Origin: Nitrospirota bacterium
Lineage (GTDB): Bacteria > Nitrospirota > Thermodesulfovibrionia > Thermodesulfovibrionales > UBA1546
NCBI GenBank assembly: GCA_021824065.1
Contig: JAKALU010000005.1
Coordinates: 1-56,780 of the forward strand
Direction of reading: 5' to 3'
DNA length: 56,780 bases
Position numbers and translations under genes: made by a program. The notes under the pieces were generated by a model. That model had not been told where the DNA came from and searched no databases. It saw nothing but the letters and a program-made list of their open reading frames with translations. This document shows positions 19,838 to 28,197 of this stretch, in pieces (the stretch's first letter is position 1; each line of letters starts with the position of its first letter).

Positions 19838-20062
19838 ATGGGTGAAGATTGGATTGAGGTTTTTGTCACTTATGACCTTATGGAAGCAGAGATGATAAAA
19901 GACCTGCTTGAAAGCGGAGGTATATCCGTTGTTCTCAGGTCTTCAAAGGTGAGTCCCTACCCTGTAAATATCGGGAAGATGGGGGAGATTAAGATATTGG
20001 TCAAAGCAGGAGATAAAGAGACAGCAGAGAGGGTTATAAGAGGGGAAGAGGATAAGGAATAA
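19838..20062 (+). CDS. DUF2007 (PII-like fold) small protein
   Basis: EAEMIKDLLESGGI...GEIKILV. Confidence 0.75.
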   Translation: MGEDWIEVFVTYDLMEAEMIKDLLESGGISVVLRSSKVSPYPVNIGKMGEIKILVKAGDKETAERVIRGEEDKE

Positions 20063-20094
20063 TCTTCAATGTCCCTGCTGAATGCATTTTTTGA

Positions 20095-22521
20095 CTAAAC
20101 GTTCTCCACCATTTCCCACACGCCGCAGGGGCAGATGCCAGCGCAGAAACCGCAGCCGATACAGAGGTTATCATCAACAACATATTCGTATGAGCCGTCA
20201 GGATGTTCAACCCTGCTTATAGCGCCCCAGTAGCATGTTGCCTCACACATGTGGCAGTCTCTGCATGTTGCGCATGACATGCACCTTTCAGCCTCTTTTT
20301 CAGGTGTGAAATCGCCTTTGCAGACATCATAGTATTCTGTCCTGATTCTCTCATAAGGTATAACCTGTTTTATCTCAGGCCAGCGAGGTGCGTGCATTAA
20401 TTGATAATGGATTGTATCTGCAGCAATCCTCCCCTGGCCAATGGCATGCGTTACAAGCCCTGGCTTTGTTGCATCACCTATTGCAAATACCTTCACATCA
20501 GATGTCTGTCCAATATCATTAACAACTATCCATCCCTTTTCTGTATGTACGCTTGGCGGCAGGAAATCAAGTATCGGTACTTCGCCTACGGAAATTACCA
20601 CAAGGTCAGCATCAAGGAATGTGCTGTCTGTGAAATAAATTTTCTTTTCTTTTTTATCGTATTTTTCTGTGAATTTAGGCCAGAGTATCTCTGTGCCTTT
20701 TGTCTTTGCTATCTCCATCTCTTTGCCAAATGCTGCTGGTTTTTGAATGTCAACAGCTATTACAGATTTAGCTCCGCAATTAAATGCCTGCGAGGCAACA
20801 TCCATCCCAACATTACCAGCGCCTATGACAACAATATTCTTGCCTTTCAATTCTGGAAGGTCTCCAAAATTAATGCCTTTAAGGAATTCTATTGCTGAGA
20901 CAGTGTCTTCAGAGCCGGGAAATTTAATTGCCCTTGGCTTATGTGCACCGCATGCAACAACAGCTATCTCATGGTTTTTGTAAATCTCCTCAAATTTCTT
21001 CTGGTCTATCTTTGCTTTTAACTGTACATTCACACCAATCTCAGCAAACCTTGAAAGTTCTTTTTCCAGTATCTCATGAGGCAGGCGCTCCCTCGGAATG
21101 CAGAGCTCGACCTTTCCGCCGAGTTTATCTGCTGCCTCGTATAGGTCAACAGTGTGCCCTTTTAATGCGAGCTGCCACGCAGCGCTTAACCCAGCAGGGC
21201 CTCCGCCAATAACACCGATCGTATGCCCCGTTGGCTTTTCTCTTTTCGGTGCTGGTAAATCCAGAGCAAGGCTTCCGAGTTTGTCTATCCGCAGAGGCGT
21301 ATCAACCTGCCCCCTTGTGCAACTCTGCATGCAGAGGTTAGGGCATATCTGTCCGCATACTGTTGCTGGCAAAGGGCTGTATTGTAATACAAGTTCCAAA
21401 GCCTCATGTAGTTTCCCCTGTCTTATTAATGACGCCCTCTTATGAGAAGGAATATGAGTGGGGCATGCATAAGCGCATGGCGGTGCATACTTCTCATTTA
21501 CCCAGATTGGCTTATTCCGTTTATCCCTTCCCGTTGTAATATATGGCAATAATGTCAGTTCGTGGTCCAGATATTCTGCGAATATACCGCCCTGCCCAAC
21601 CTCTTTTTCCCATACGCTTTTTCTGAAATCTGTGGTGGGCATCTTGAACCACTTTCGTGTCCTTTTCTCCTGAGGTGTATATGCTATTAACTTTTTCCAG
21701 TCGTCGGAAGAGCGTGTAAGCTCTTTGTAATATGACATCCGGTCGATTGCTTCGAGAAATGGTTTCATATTTTCTTTGAGCCATTCCCAGTCCTGAGGGG
21801 TTAAGTCAACGAGCTTTACATCTCTTTCGCTATATCCCTTTATCGGACCCCTTAAGTATATTGTTCCGCCTACCATCCCAACGCATGGACGGTAGCCGAG
21901 TATGTTTTGGGGATTTCTTGGGTTTACACCGCAAACAACAGCAATTCCCCCCGCCTTGAACTCTGCAAATGAGTCACCAACGTCCCTGAAATACCACGAT
22001 TGCGGAGGATCAAAACGGGGATTATGTTTTGTCATCGTGTCGCATCTCGCGCCTCCGCTTCCCTGAACATAAAGGACTCCCTGCGCAGCTGCATTAAAGG
22101 CTCCATTTGTTATGTCCCCTAAAACAGTTATTTTTGCACCGCAGTTTAGCCAGCCCACATCGTCAGAGACGCTTCCTTTAACAATAATTTCTGTGCCGAA
22201 CATCCCCATGCTTCCGAGTCTCTGACCAACAGGGCCTTCAACAGTTATCTTTATTGTTTCACCGCGGGGCCAGATGCGACCGCCGATACCATGCTGTCCG
22301 TCAGCAACTATATACAACTCTCTTGCACCATCCTGAACTGCCTGCTGGATTTGTTCTTCGAGGATACGGGAGGGAACACGTTTACCGTTCTCATTACCGT
22401 ATATAGTGACGACATTAAGTGAAGAGTTAAGAGTTGAAAGTGAAGAGTCTAAGGAGACATTTTTCTTCTTTTTTAACTTTTCACTTTTCACTTTTAACTT
22501 TTTGTTCTTCTTAGCACGCAT
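20095..22521 (-). CDS. Glutamate synthase subunit: GXGXG domain + GltD-like FAD/NAD(P)H oxidoreductase + 2x[4Fe-4S]
   Basis: GQHGIGG, GQRLG, CAYACP, GGGPAG, GAGNVG, CATCRDCHMC, CIGCGFCAGIC. Confidence 0.88.
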   Translation of the reverse strand: MRAKKNKKLKVKSEKLKKKKNVSLDSSLSTLNSSLNVVTIYGNENGKRVPSRILEEQIQQAVQDGARELYIVADGQHGIGGRIWPRGETIKITVEGPVGQRLGSMGMFGTEIIVKGSVSDDVGWLNCGAKITVLGDITNGAFNAAAQGVLYVQGSGGARCDTMTKHNPRFDPPQSWYFRDVGDSFAEFKAGGIAVVCGVNPRNPQNILGYRPCVGMVGGTIYLRGPIKGYSERDVKLVDLTPQDWEWLKENMKPFLEAIDRMSYYKELTRSSDDWKKLIAYTPQEKRTRKWFKMPTTDFRKSVWEKEVGQGGIFAEYLDHELTLLPYITTGRDKRNKPIWVNEKYAPPCAYACPTHIPSHKRASLIRQGKLHEALELVLQYSPLPATVCGQICPNLCMQSCTRGQVDTPLRIDKLGSLALDLPAPKREKPTGHTIGVIGGGPAGLSAAWQLALKGHTVDLYEAADKLGGKVELCIPRERLPHEILEKELSRFAEIGVNVQLKAKIDQKKFEEIYKNHEIAVVACGAHKPRAIKFPGSEDTVSAIEFLKGINFGDLPELKGKNIVVIGAGNVGMDVASQAFNCGAKSVIAVDIQKPAAFGKEMEIAKTKGTEILWPKFTEKYDKKEKKIYFTDSTFLDADLVVISVGEVPILDFLPPSVHTEKGWIVVNDIGQTSDVKVFAIGDATKPGLVTHAIGQGRIAADTIHYQLMHAPRWPEIKQVIPYERIRTEYYDVCKGDFTPEKEAERCMSCATCRDCHMCEATCYWGAISRVEHPDGSYEYVVDDNLCIGCGFCAGICPCGVWEMVENV
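22416..22500. repeat. Inverted pair of 7-mer arrays forming the N-terminal extension of the oxidoreductase
   Basis: aagtgaa gagttaa gagttga aagtgaa versus ttttaac ttttcac ttttcac ttttaac; encodes KLKVKSEKLK...SSLSTLNSSL. Confidence 0.75.
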
Positions 22522-24178
22522 AACTAATCTCTAACCTCTCTGCCATTGCCTTATCATCTATGCTCAATCCATCGGACATACCTATTGGAAGTTCTGTGCT
22601 TCTTCCCATAGGTGCAAATATTTTTCTGAGTTCCACATCAGCTGCCTTGAAGACCTCAACCACACGCTCTGCAACCCTGTCAGAATCAAGTCTTCTGTAT
22701 AATTTTGGATCCTGTGTTGTTATGCCTCTCGGACACTTACCCGTGTTACAGAGATTGCAGCGATTGTATTCGTCTCCAAAACAATCCGCTGTTGCCTGCA
22801 TTATATATTTCCCTATGGAAACAGCAGATGCTCCGAGCATTATAAGGGCTGCTGCATTTGCAGCTAAGTTTCCTTTTTTAGCAATGCCTCCTGCTGCAAT
22901 CAGAGGAAGTTCGTTCTGTTTCCCCTGCTTGACAAGGTCAAGGTAACACTCCCTTAAGTTTGATGCTATCGGGTGCCCCATCTTATCCATGGATACATTG
23001 TATGCTGCGCCTGTTCCTCCGTCCTCGCCATCTATTGAAAGCGCTGCTGCATAAGGATTCCTTGCAAGGTTATTTAAAACAGCACGTGCTGTCTTTGTGC
23101 CTGAGATCTTTGGATAGACAGGCACTCTGAAACCCCATGCCATTGACATTGACTGAATCATCTTTGCCACTGCCTCTTCAATTGAGTATTTTGTCTGGTG
23201 AGTTGGAGGTGATGCCAGGTCAACAAACTGTGGCACGCCGCGAATGTTCGCAATAAGTTTTAAAACCTTCTGTGCCATTAATAGTCCGCCATCACCTGGT
23301 TTTGCACCCTGACCATACTTAATCTCGATTGCAGCAGGGGCTTCTACCATGTAGGGCAGGGCGTGTATTATCTCATCCCATCCAAAATAACCTGATGCAA
23401 TCTGTATGATAAAATACTTCAGGTATTTTGATTTCAGAAGCCTCGGAGGCATTCCTCCTTCGCCAGAGCACATCACAACCGGTATTCTTTCCACCTCATT
23501 AAGATATGCCACACCCATAGCAAGTCCTTCCCACATCGGAGGCGATAAAGCTCCTACAGACATGCTACCGATCATTATTGGGTATATTTCGCGCACAGGA
23601 GGTATAAATTTACCGTTTACATTGTCAACAACCAATCCGCCATCTGTTATTTTTAATGGAAGCTCTTCTGGCGGTAAAATCCTTCCAAGCAAAGTCCTTA
23701 CTCTGAACTCATGTCTTCCTGCATCAAGTGCAGGGTCAGTGAGCATTGAAATCCTTGTGAATTTAAGCCTGTCAAGAGTTGAGATTGCCGGGTCATTTCT
23801 CCTTCCACCTCTTTTGTATCCTTCACCGCCTTTATTTTTGTAATGCAGGAATTTATTCTGGGGATTAAATTCAGGCTCTATCGCCTCATTAGGACATACC
23901 AATGTGCATGTGCCGCATCCGGTGCAATAGCGTTCCATATCTGTGACCTGTTCAACCACATGAGTGATATTTCTCACAGCAGTTGGTGTGGGCACAGGAC
24001 CTTCAGACTTTACAAACCTCTGAACCTTAACAGTCGGCTCAATAGCCTTAACAGGACAGACAGCAGTGCATCTGCCGCATCTCTTGCACCTGTCATCCCT
24101 CCAGCGGATTATATATGGAAACTCCCTTAATGAGAGTTGATAATTATGGTCTAACCTTATCCCTTGAGCTGGTTCCAT
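22511..24178 (-). CDS. Glutamate synthase FMN-binding subunit with N-terminal ferredoxin domain
   Basis: CKRCGRCTAVC, CTGCGTC, SGEGG, EIKYGQGAKPGDGG, DGEDGGTGA, CNTGKCPRGITTQ. Confidence 0.9.
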   Translation of the reverse strand: MEPAQGIRLDHNYQLSLREFPYIIRWRDDRCKRCGRCTAVCPVKAIEPTVKVQRFVKSEGPVPTPTAVRNITHVVEQVTDMERYCTGCGTCTLVCPNEAIEPEFNPQNKFLHYKNKGGEGYKRGGRRNDPAISTLDRLKFTRISMLTDPALDAGRHEFRVRTLLGRILPPEELPLKITDGGLVVDNVNGKFIPPVREIYPIMIGSMSVGALSPPMWEGLAMGVAYLNEVERIPVVMCSGEGGMPPRLLKSKYLKYFIIQIASGYFGWDEIIHALPYMVEAPAAIEIKYGQGAKPGDGGLLMAQKVLKLIANIRGVPQFVDLASPPTHQTKYSIEEAVAKMIQSMSMAWGFRVPVYPKISGTKTARAVLNNLARNPYAAALSIDGEDGGTGAAYNVSMDKMGHPIASNLRECYLDLVKQGKQNELPLIAAGGIAKKGNLAANAAALIMLGASAVSIGKYIMQATADCFGDEYNRCNLCNTGKCPRGITTQDPKLYRRLDSDRVAERVVEVFKAADVELRKIFAPMGRSTELPIGMSDGLSIDDKAMAERLEISYAC

Positions 24179-25266
24179 ACCTTTACCCCCTCTGCCTGAG
24201 AAGAGACAATCACCATGTCGTATTTCATCGGGAAGATGTCTTTCGACTTATCTCTTTTCGGGATTGCGCTGTCCAGACCGCATTCTTCAGACATTAATGC
24301 ATATTTACCTTTTACCCCGCCTACAACACCAGGTCGCAGCTTTTTGGAATCATGGAGCATAAAACATGCGCCGTCAGGGGTATATCCTATGACAACGTTA
24401 GGTCCATCAATACAGAGCGGCCTCAATGACTGTTTGATTAGCCTTAATGCATCGCTGTCTTTTCTTTGTTCTATCTCTGAAGGTTTCAGCGGTGTAATGA
24501 CATCTTTATAATAAGTTAATGGAAACCCCAATTGTCTTACAGTGTAGTGAAGTATGTGTGTGAATGTCTCGCTATCACTGTTATAGCCCATGTAGCCGGG
24601 AAAACCTCTGGACATGAGAAATTCCCTTATAGGAACGAACGCTGTATTTTCGCCGTTTGTCATAGAGCAAAAGCCCTGGATGAAAAATGGATGACATGCA
24701 TAAAGATAGATCTGGTAATTGGTGTTCTGCCTGCCCTGTGCAAATATAACCTTTGCTTTAAGCCCGTTTCTGTCAAGACCAAAAAATTCTCCAAGCTGAA
24801 GGGGGTCACCAACCTCTTTAAGTGTTATTACATCAGGGTAAAATGAAAACACAAATATTGATTCATCAGGCTCGCCGATTTTTCTGAGCGCAAGACGGGT
24901 GTTCATAAGAAGGTCTTCTTTTTCGTGCATGGGTTTATTTCTATAGTGCGCAGGATAGTCATAAACCCTTGCAAAATAGTAGTCCCGGGGAATCACACCT
25001 TTAACTTTTTTTATCTTTGGTGTCCACACGTGTTTAAGTTTAAACCCGTGTTTATCCATAAACTCATCAAGCACCCCGATCCCTTCTTTAGAGCAGATGC
25101 CGGACATTACGGGGTATCCTTTAAATTCCTCAAATTCTCCGCCGAGGTCTTTAAGTGTGAGGCCAAGACCTGAGCCATCATGCCCTTCCTTCATTGTCTC
25201 GAGAGCAAGGATGTTCTCCATTGGTGAGAAGTATTTATTAGATGTTATAGCAGCAAGTCTGCACAT
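24157..25266 (-). CDS. Glutamate synthase glutamine amidotransferase (Ntn, class II) subunit
   Basis: N-terminal M-C nucleophile, GHDGSG, NGE, SDSE, DGP, LRP. Confidence 0.88.
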   Translation of the reverse strand: MCRLAAITSNKYFSPMENILALETMKEGHDGSGLGLTLKDLGGEFEEFKGYPVMSGICSKEGIGVLDEFMDKHGFKLKHVWTPKIKKVKGVIPRDYYFARVYDYPAHYRNKPMHEKEDLLMNTRLALRKIGEPDESIFVFSFYPDVITLKEVGDPLQLGEFFGLDRNGLKAKVIFAQGRQNTNYQIYLYACHPFFIQGFCSMTNGENTAFVPIREFLMSRGFPGYMGYNSDSETFTHILHYTVRQLGFPLTYYKDVITPLKPSEIEQRKDSDALRLIKQSLRPLCIDGPNVVIGYTPDGACFMLHDSKKLRPGVVGGVKGKYALMSEECGLDSAIPKRDKSKDIFPMKYDMVIVSSQAEGVKVWNQLKG

Positions 25267-25313
25267 TTTGTCTGCCTCTTATTTCTAATTATATCCCTCA
25301 ACTTGTTTTCAGG

Positions 25314-25362
25314 CAAAAAAAGCGTCTCTGCCACTCTTGCATATACGTATGACAGCAGACGC
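25314..25362 (-). terminator. Intrinsic terminator-like hairpin upstream of the GOGAT operon
   Basis: Minus strand GCGTCTGCTGTCA...TGGCAGAGACGC followed by a T run. Confidence 0.6.
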
Positions 25363-25370
25363 TAATTTTC

Positions 25371-25427
25371 AACGGTAACCGTTTGCCGTTCATTTTTATT
25401 CTATAAATTAAGGGGCTTTTTTGTCAA
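25371..25427 (-). promoter_or_regulatory. Promoter plus GGYA-N6-TRCC operator for the GOGAT operon
   Basis: Minus strand TTGACA(25427)-18 bp-TAGAAT; AACGGTAACCGTTTGCCGTT at 25371-25390. Confidence 0.65.
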
Positions 25428-25454
25428 CTTAATTAGGCATAAGTGAGGCTTGAT

Positions 25455-26648
25455 TTAAATATATTTTTCGACTATAAATGCAGCGAAATCCATAGAACTT
25501 GTAAAACCTGGTGAGATCGTGTTGAGAATGTGAATGCTGTTGCTGTCTTTTATAACGATAAAATCCATAACAAGCTCTTTTTTCTTCCAATCAATTAGCT
25601 GAGGTCTTATGCCAACTTTATCGGAGGGTAATATATCCTCAGGTTTTAAATCTTTTACCAGCGCATGTGCATCCTCAAAGAAGAATTTAGAAAAATACTT
25701 TTTTAGCTCTATAAGTGCAGTATTTCTAAACCTTCGATTCACTGCAAACAGCAGCGCATCCCTGAATAGAATATCAAAGACCTCTCTGTCTATCCCCTCA
25801 AGTGCTCCATAATTTTCCCTTCCAAAGGCAGGGATTGCGGTAGGACCCAGATACACCTCGCCATTTATGTTCTTTGTGAAATGAACACCTAAGAAGGGGT
25901 TTCTTATATCAGGGACTGGATAAATGTTCCCTTTTACGAGAGATGATTTTTCATCGTTTAATTTTTTATATGTGCCTTTAAAAGGGATTAGTTTATAGTT
26001 CGATCCAACACTAAAAAGATGTGCTATTTTGTCGCTATGAGCACCCGAAGCATTTATGAAAGTATTGAACTTTATGTTTTTATTTGATGCTATTACTGTA
26101 TCGCTTCCCTTTACACCTTTAAACTCTGTGCTGGTAAGGATTTTAACCTTTTCTGATGAGATAAGGTCGTTATAGAGGCTTTTTAATACTGCCTTTGGGT
26201 CAACTATGGCAGTGTAATGTGAATATAAAGCCATTAGATGGGTTTTTGCATTCGGCTCTATTTCCCGAAGCTGTTTTTCATCTATCAATTCAACCTTAGC
26301 TCCATTTTTTAAAGCCCTGTTGTGCAACTCTCTCAGTGTCTCTAATTCCCCTTCATTTTTTGTAACAATTACCTTGCCTGATTCCAATAATGGAAGATTT
26401 TTTTCTTTGCAGTACTGTTTCATCAGAAAATTTCCATTTAGACATGATTTAGCCCTCAGACTGTCAGGCGAATAATAAATGCCGGCATGCAGAACACCGC
26501 TGTTTCTTCCAGAGGCGTGTTTGCCTAAATTATCTTCCTTCTCAATTATTACTATGTTTTCGCATCCTCGTTTGAGCAGCTCCCGTGCAATTGTAAGGCC
26601 TATTATTCCACTGCCACAGATTAAAAAATCAGCCTCATAAAATTCCAT
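25455..26648 (-). CDS. lhgO: L-2-hydroxyglutarate oxidase family FAD oxidoreductase
   Basis: GSGIIG, SGRNSGVLHAGIYY, IYPVPD, FLGVH, GIRPQL, SPGFTSS. Confidence 0.85.
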   Translation of the reverse strand: MEFYEADFLICGSGIIGLTIARELLKRGCENIVIIEKEDNLGKHASGRNSGVLHAGIYYSPDSLRAKSCLNGNFLMKQYCKEKNLPLLESGKVIVTKNEGELETLRELHNRALKNGAKVELIDEKQLREIEPNAKTHLMALYSHYTAIVDPKAVLKSLYNDLISSEKVKILTSTEFKGVKGSDTVIASNKNIKFNTFINASGAHSDKIAHLFSVGSNYKLIPFKGTYKKLNDEKSSLVKGNIYPVPDIRNPFLGVHFTKNINGEVYLGPTAIPAFGRENYGALEGIDREVFDILFRDALLFAVNRRFRNTALIELKKYFSKFFFEDAHALVKDLKPEDILPSDKVGIRPQLIDWKKKELVMDFIVIKDSNSIHILNTISPGFTSSMDFAAFIVEKYI

Positions 26649-26753
26649 ATCATCCCTCTGTTTCTTTTGAGCCTATTATAACATCCAAATGAACTGCCCT
26701 GCGACAGAAACCGCTGGATATCCTATAAGAATCAGGGGAAACGCTCGGCATCC

Positions 26754-26808
26754 TTGACAAAAAAAATCTATATCATTTAAAGTGTATGACAATAGGCAAC
26801 CGTTTACC
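26754..26808 (+). promoter_or_regulatory. Promoter plus GGYA-N6-TRCC operator
   Basis: TTGACA(26754)-18 bp-TAAAGT; GGCAACCGTTTACC at 26795-26808. Confidence 0.62.
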
Positions 26809-26815
26809 ATCTAAA

Positions 26816-28072
26816 ATGAGCAAAATATCTTCTGGCATAAGCAGTCTTGATAGTCTTATTGATTCATTATACATAGGTGACAATGTTGTCTGGGAAGTTG
26901 ATGCAGGGACGGCCTATGATGTATTTATACAGAATTTTGTCAGGCAATCGTTTGATGATTCTCAGAAAGTAATTTATGTAAGCTTTAACCGTTCTCCACA
27001 GACCATTCTGAATGAGCTAAGCAAATTTTTATCTCCGGATCACTTCATACTCATTGATTGTTTTACTTCAGGGAAGGGTAAAAATGATAGCACCTTCCTG
27101 AGATTTTATGAGAATACCAAAGACATAAATGCTGTCAGGATTAACAAACCTAAAGATATAGAGCAATTTACGCAGACACTTAATTCTATAGAGGACAGTT
27201 TTTCCCCTGGTGTAAGGTATGTCTTTGACAGTCTGACAGGGATGCAGGATCTCTGGGGCAATGAAGGCGACACGTATAAGTTTTTCACATATATGTGTCC
27301 GAGGCTGTATGACCTCGGGACGGTTGCTTACTGGCTTTTAGAAAAGGATGCGCACAGCCAGAGCTTCAAAGCAAATTTAAGGCATATAACCCAGGTTGTT
27401 TTTGATTTATATAAGAGGAGAGATAAGCTGTATATAAAGGCATTGAAGCTGAATAACAGGCAGGATAGGGAGGCGTTCAAGCCGCATCTTTATGAGATTG
27501 ACGGCAGAGATGTAATTATCACATTCCCCAAGCGCGAACCAGCAGGTGATATCGGAAGCAGGATAAGAGAAATAAGGACAAGACTTAGCATCAGCCAGAA
27601 GGAACTTGCTGATAAGGTTGATCTTACACCGAGTTTTATATCACAACTTGAAAGTAATCAGATAAGTCCGTCCCTTAGCTCTTTCTTGCAGATATGTAAT
27701 GCCCTTGATGTTAATCCCGGTCAATTTTTAGGAGATAAGAAAGTGGGTATGACATCATGGCTTTTTAGAAAGGAGATGGTTTTCTCAAGTCCTGCATCTT
27801 TAGAAGATGGAATAAAGATGTATAACATAACTATTGACGAAAGACTGTCTGCAGGGATAGTTATCTTTCCGCCCGGCACTACATTAAACAGGCACTTCAT
27901 CTATCACAAAACACCGGAATTTATTCACATTCTAAAGGGAGAACTTTTTGTAACAGTAGAAGACAGAATGGAAAGGCTGAGAACCGGTGACAGTGTTTAT
28001 CTAAAAGAATTTTTTCCATCTCAGTGGTGGAATGAAGGAGGTGAGGAGGCAGAAATACTTGTCGTATGGTGA
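26816..28072 (+). CDS. Transcriptional regulator: degenerate KaiC/RecA-like domain + XRE HTH + cupin
   Basis: ISSGISSLD, YVFDSL, IGSRIREIR..SQKELA..FISQLE..PSL, EFIHILKGEL..GDSVY; second ATG preferred because the first lies within the promoter. Confidence 0.82.
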   Translation: MSKISSGISSLDSLIDSLYIGDNVVWEVDAGTAYDVFIQNFVRQSFDDSQKVIYVSFNRSPQTILNELSKFLSPDHFILIDCFTSGKGKNDSTFLRFYENTKDINAVRINKPKDIEQFTQTLNSIEDSFSPGVRYVFDSLTGMQDLWGNEGDTYKFFTYMCPRLYDLGTVAYWLLEKDAHSQSFKANLRHITQVVFDLYKRRDKLYIKALKLNNRQDREAFKPHLYEIDGRDVIITFPKREPAGDIGSRIREIRTRLSISQKELADKVDLTPSFISQLESNQISPSLSSFLQICNALDVNPGQFLGDKKVGMTSWLFRKEMVFSSPASLEDGIKMYNITIDERLSAGIVIFPPGTTLNRHFIYHKTPEFIHILKGELFVTVEDRMERLRTGDSVYLKEFFPSQWWNEGGEEAEILVVW

Positions 28073-28081
28073 AAAGTTTTA

Positions 28082-28131
28082 TTGACATTAAACGTTAATC
28101 TGGCAGAAAATACCATCGGTATTTTTTTGCC
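28082..28131 (+). promoter_or_regulatory. Promoter with inverted GGYA..TRCC boxes upstream of the gltB-like/nrpR/glnB/glnA run
   Basis: TTGACA at 28082; GGCAGAAAATACC ATC GGTATTTTTTTGCC (28102-28131). Confidence 0.55.
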
Positions 28132-28197
28132 CTTTTGGGTAATAAATACTTAATCAATGCCCAAAAGAATTAAGTATTGCTTTATTTGGAGGTTAAG

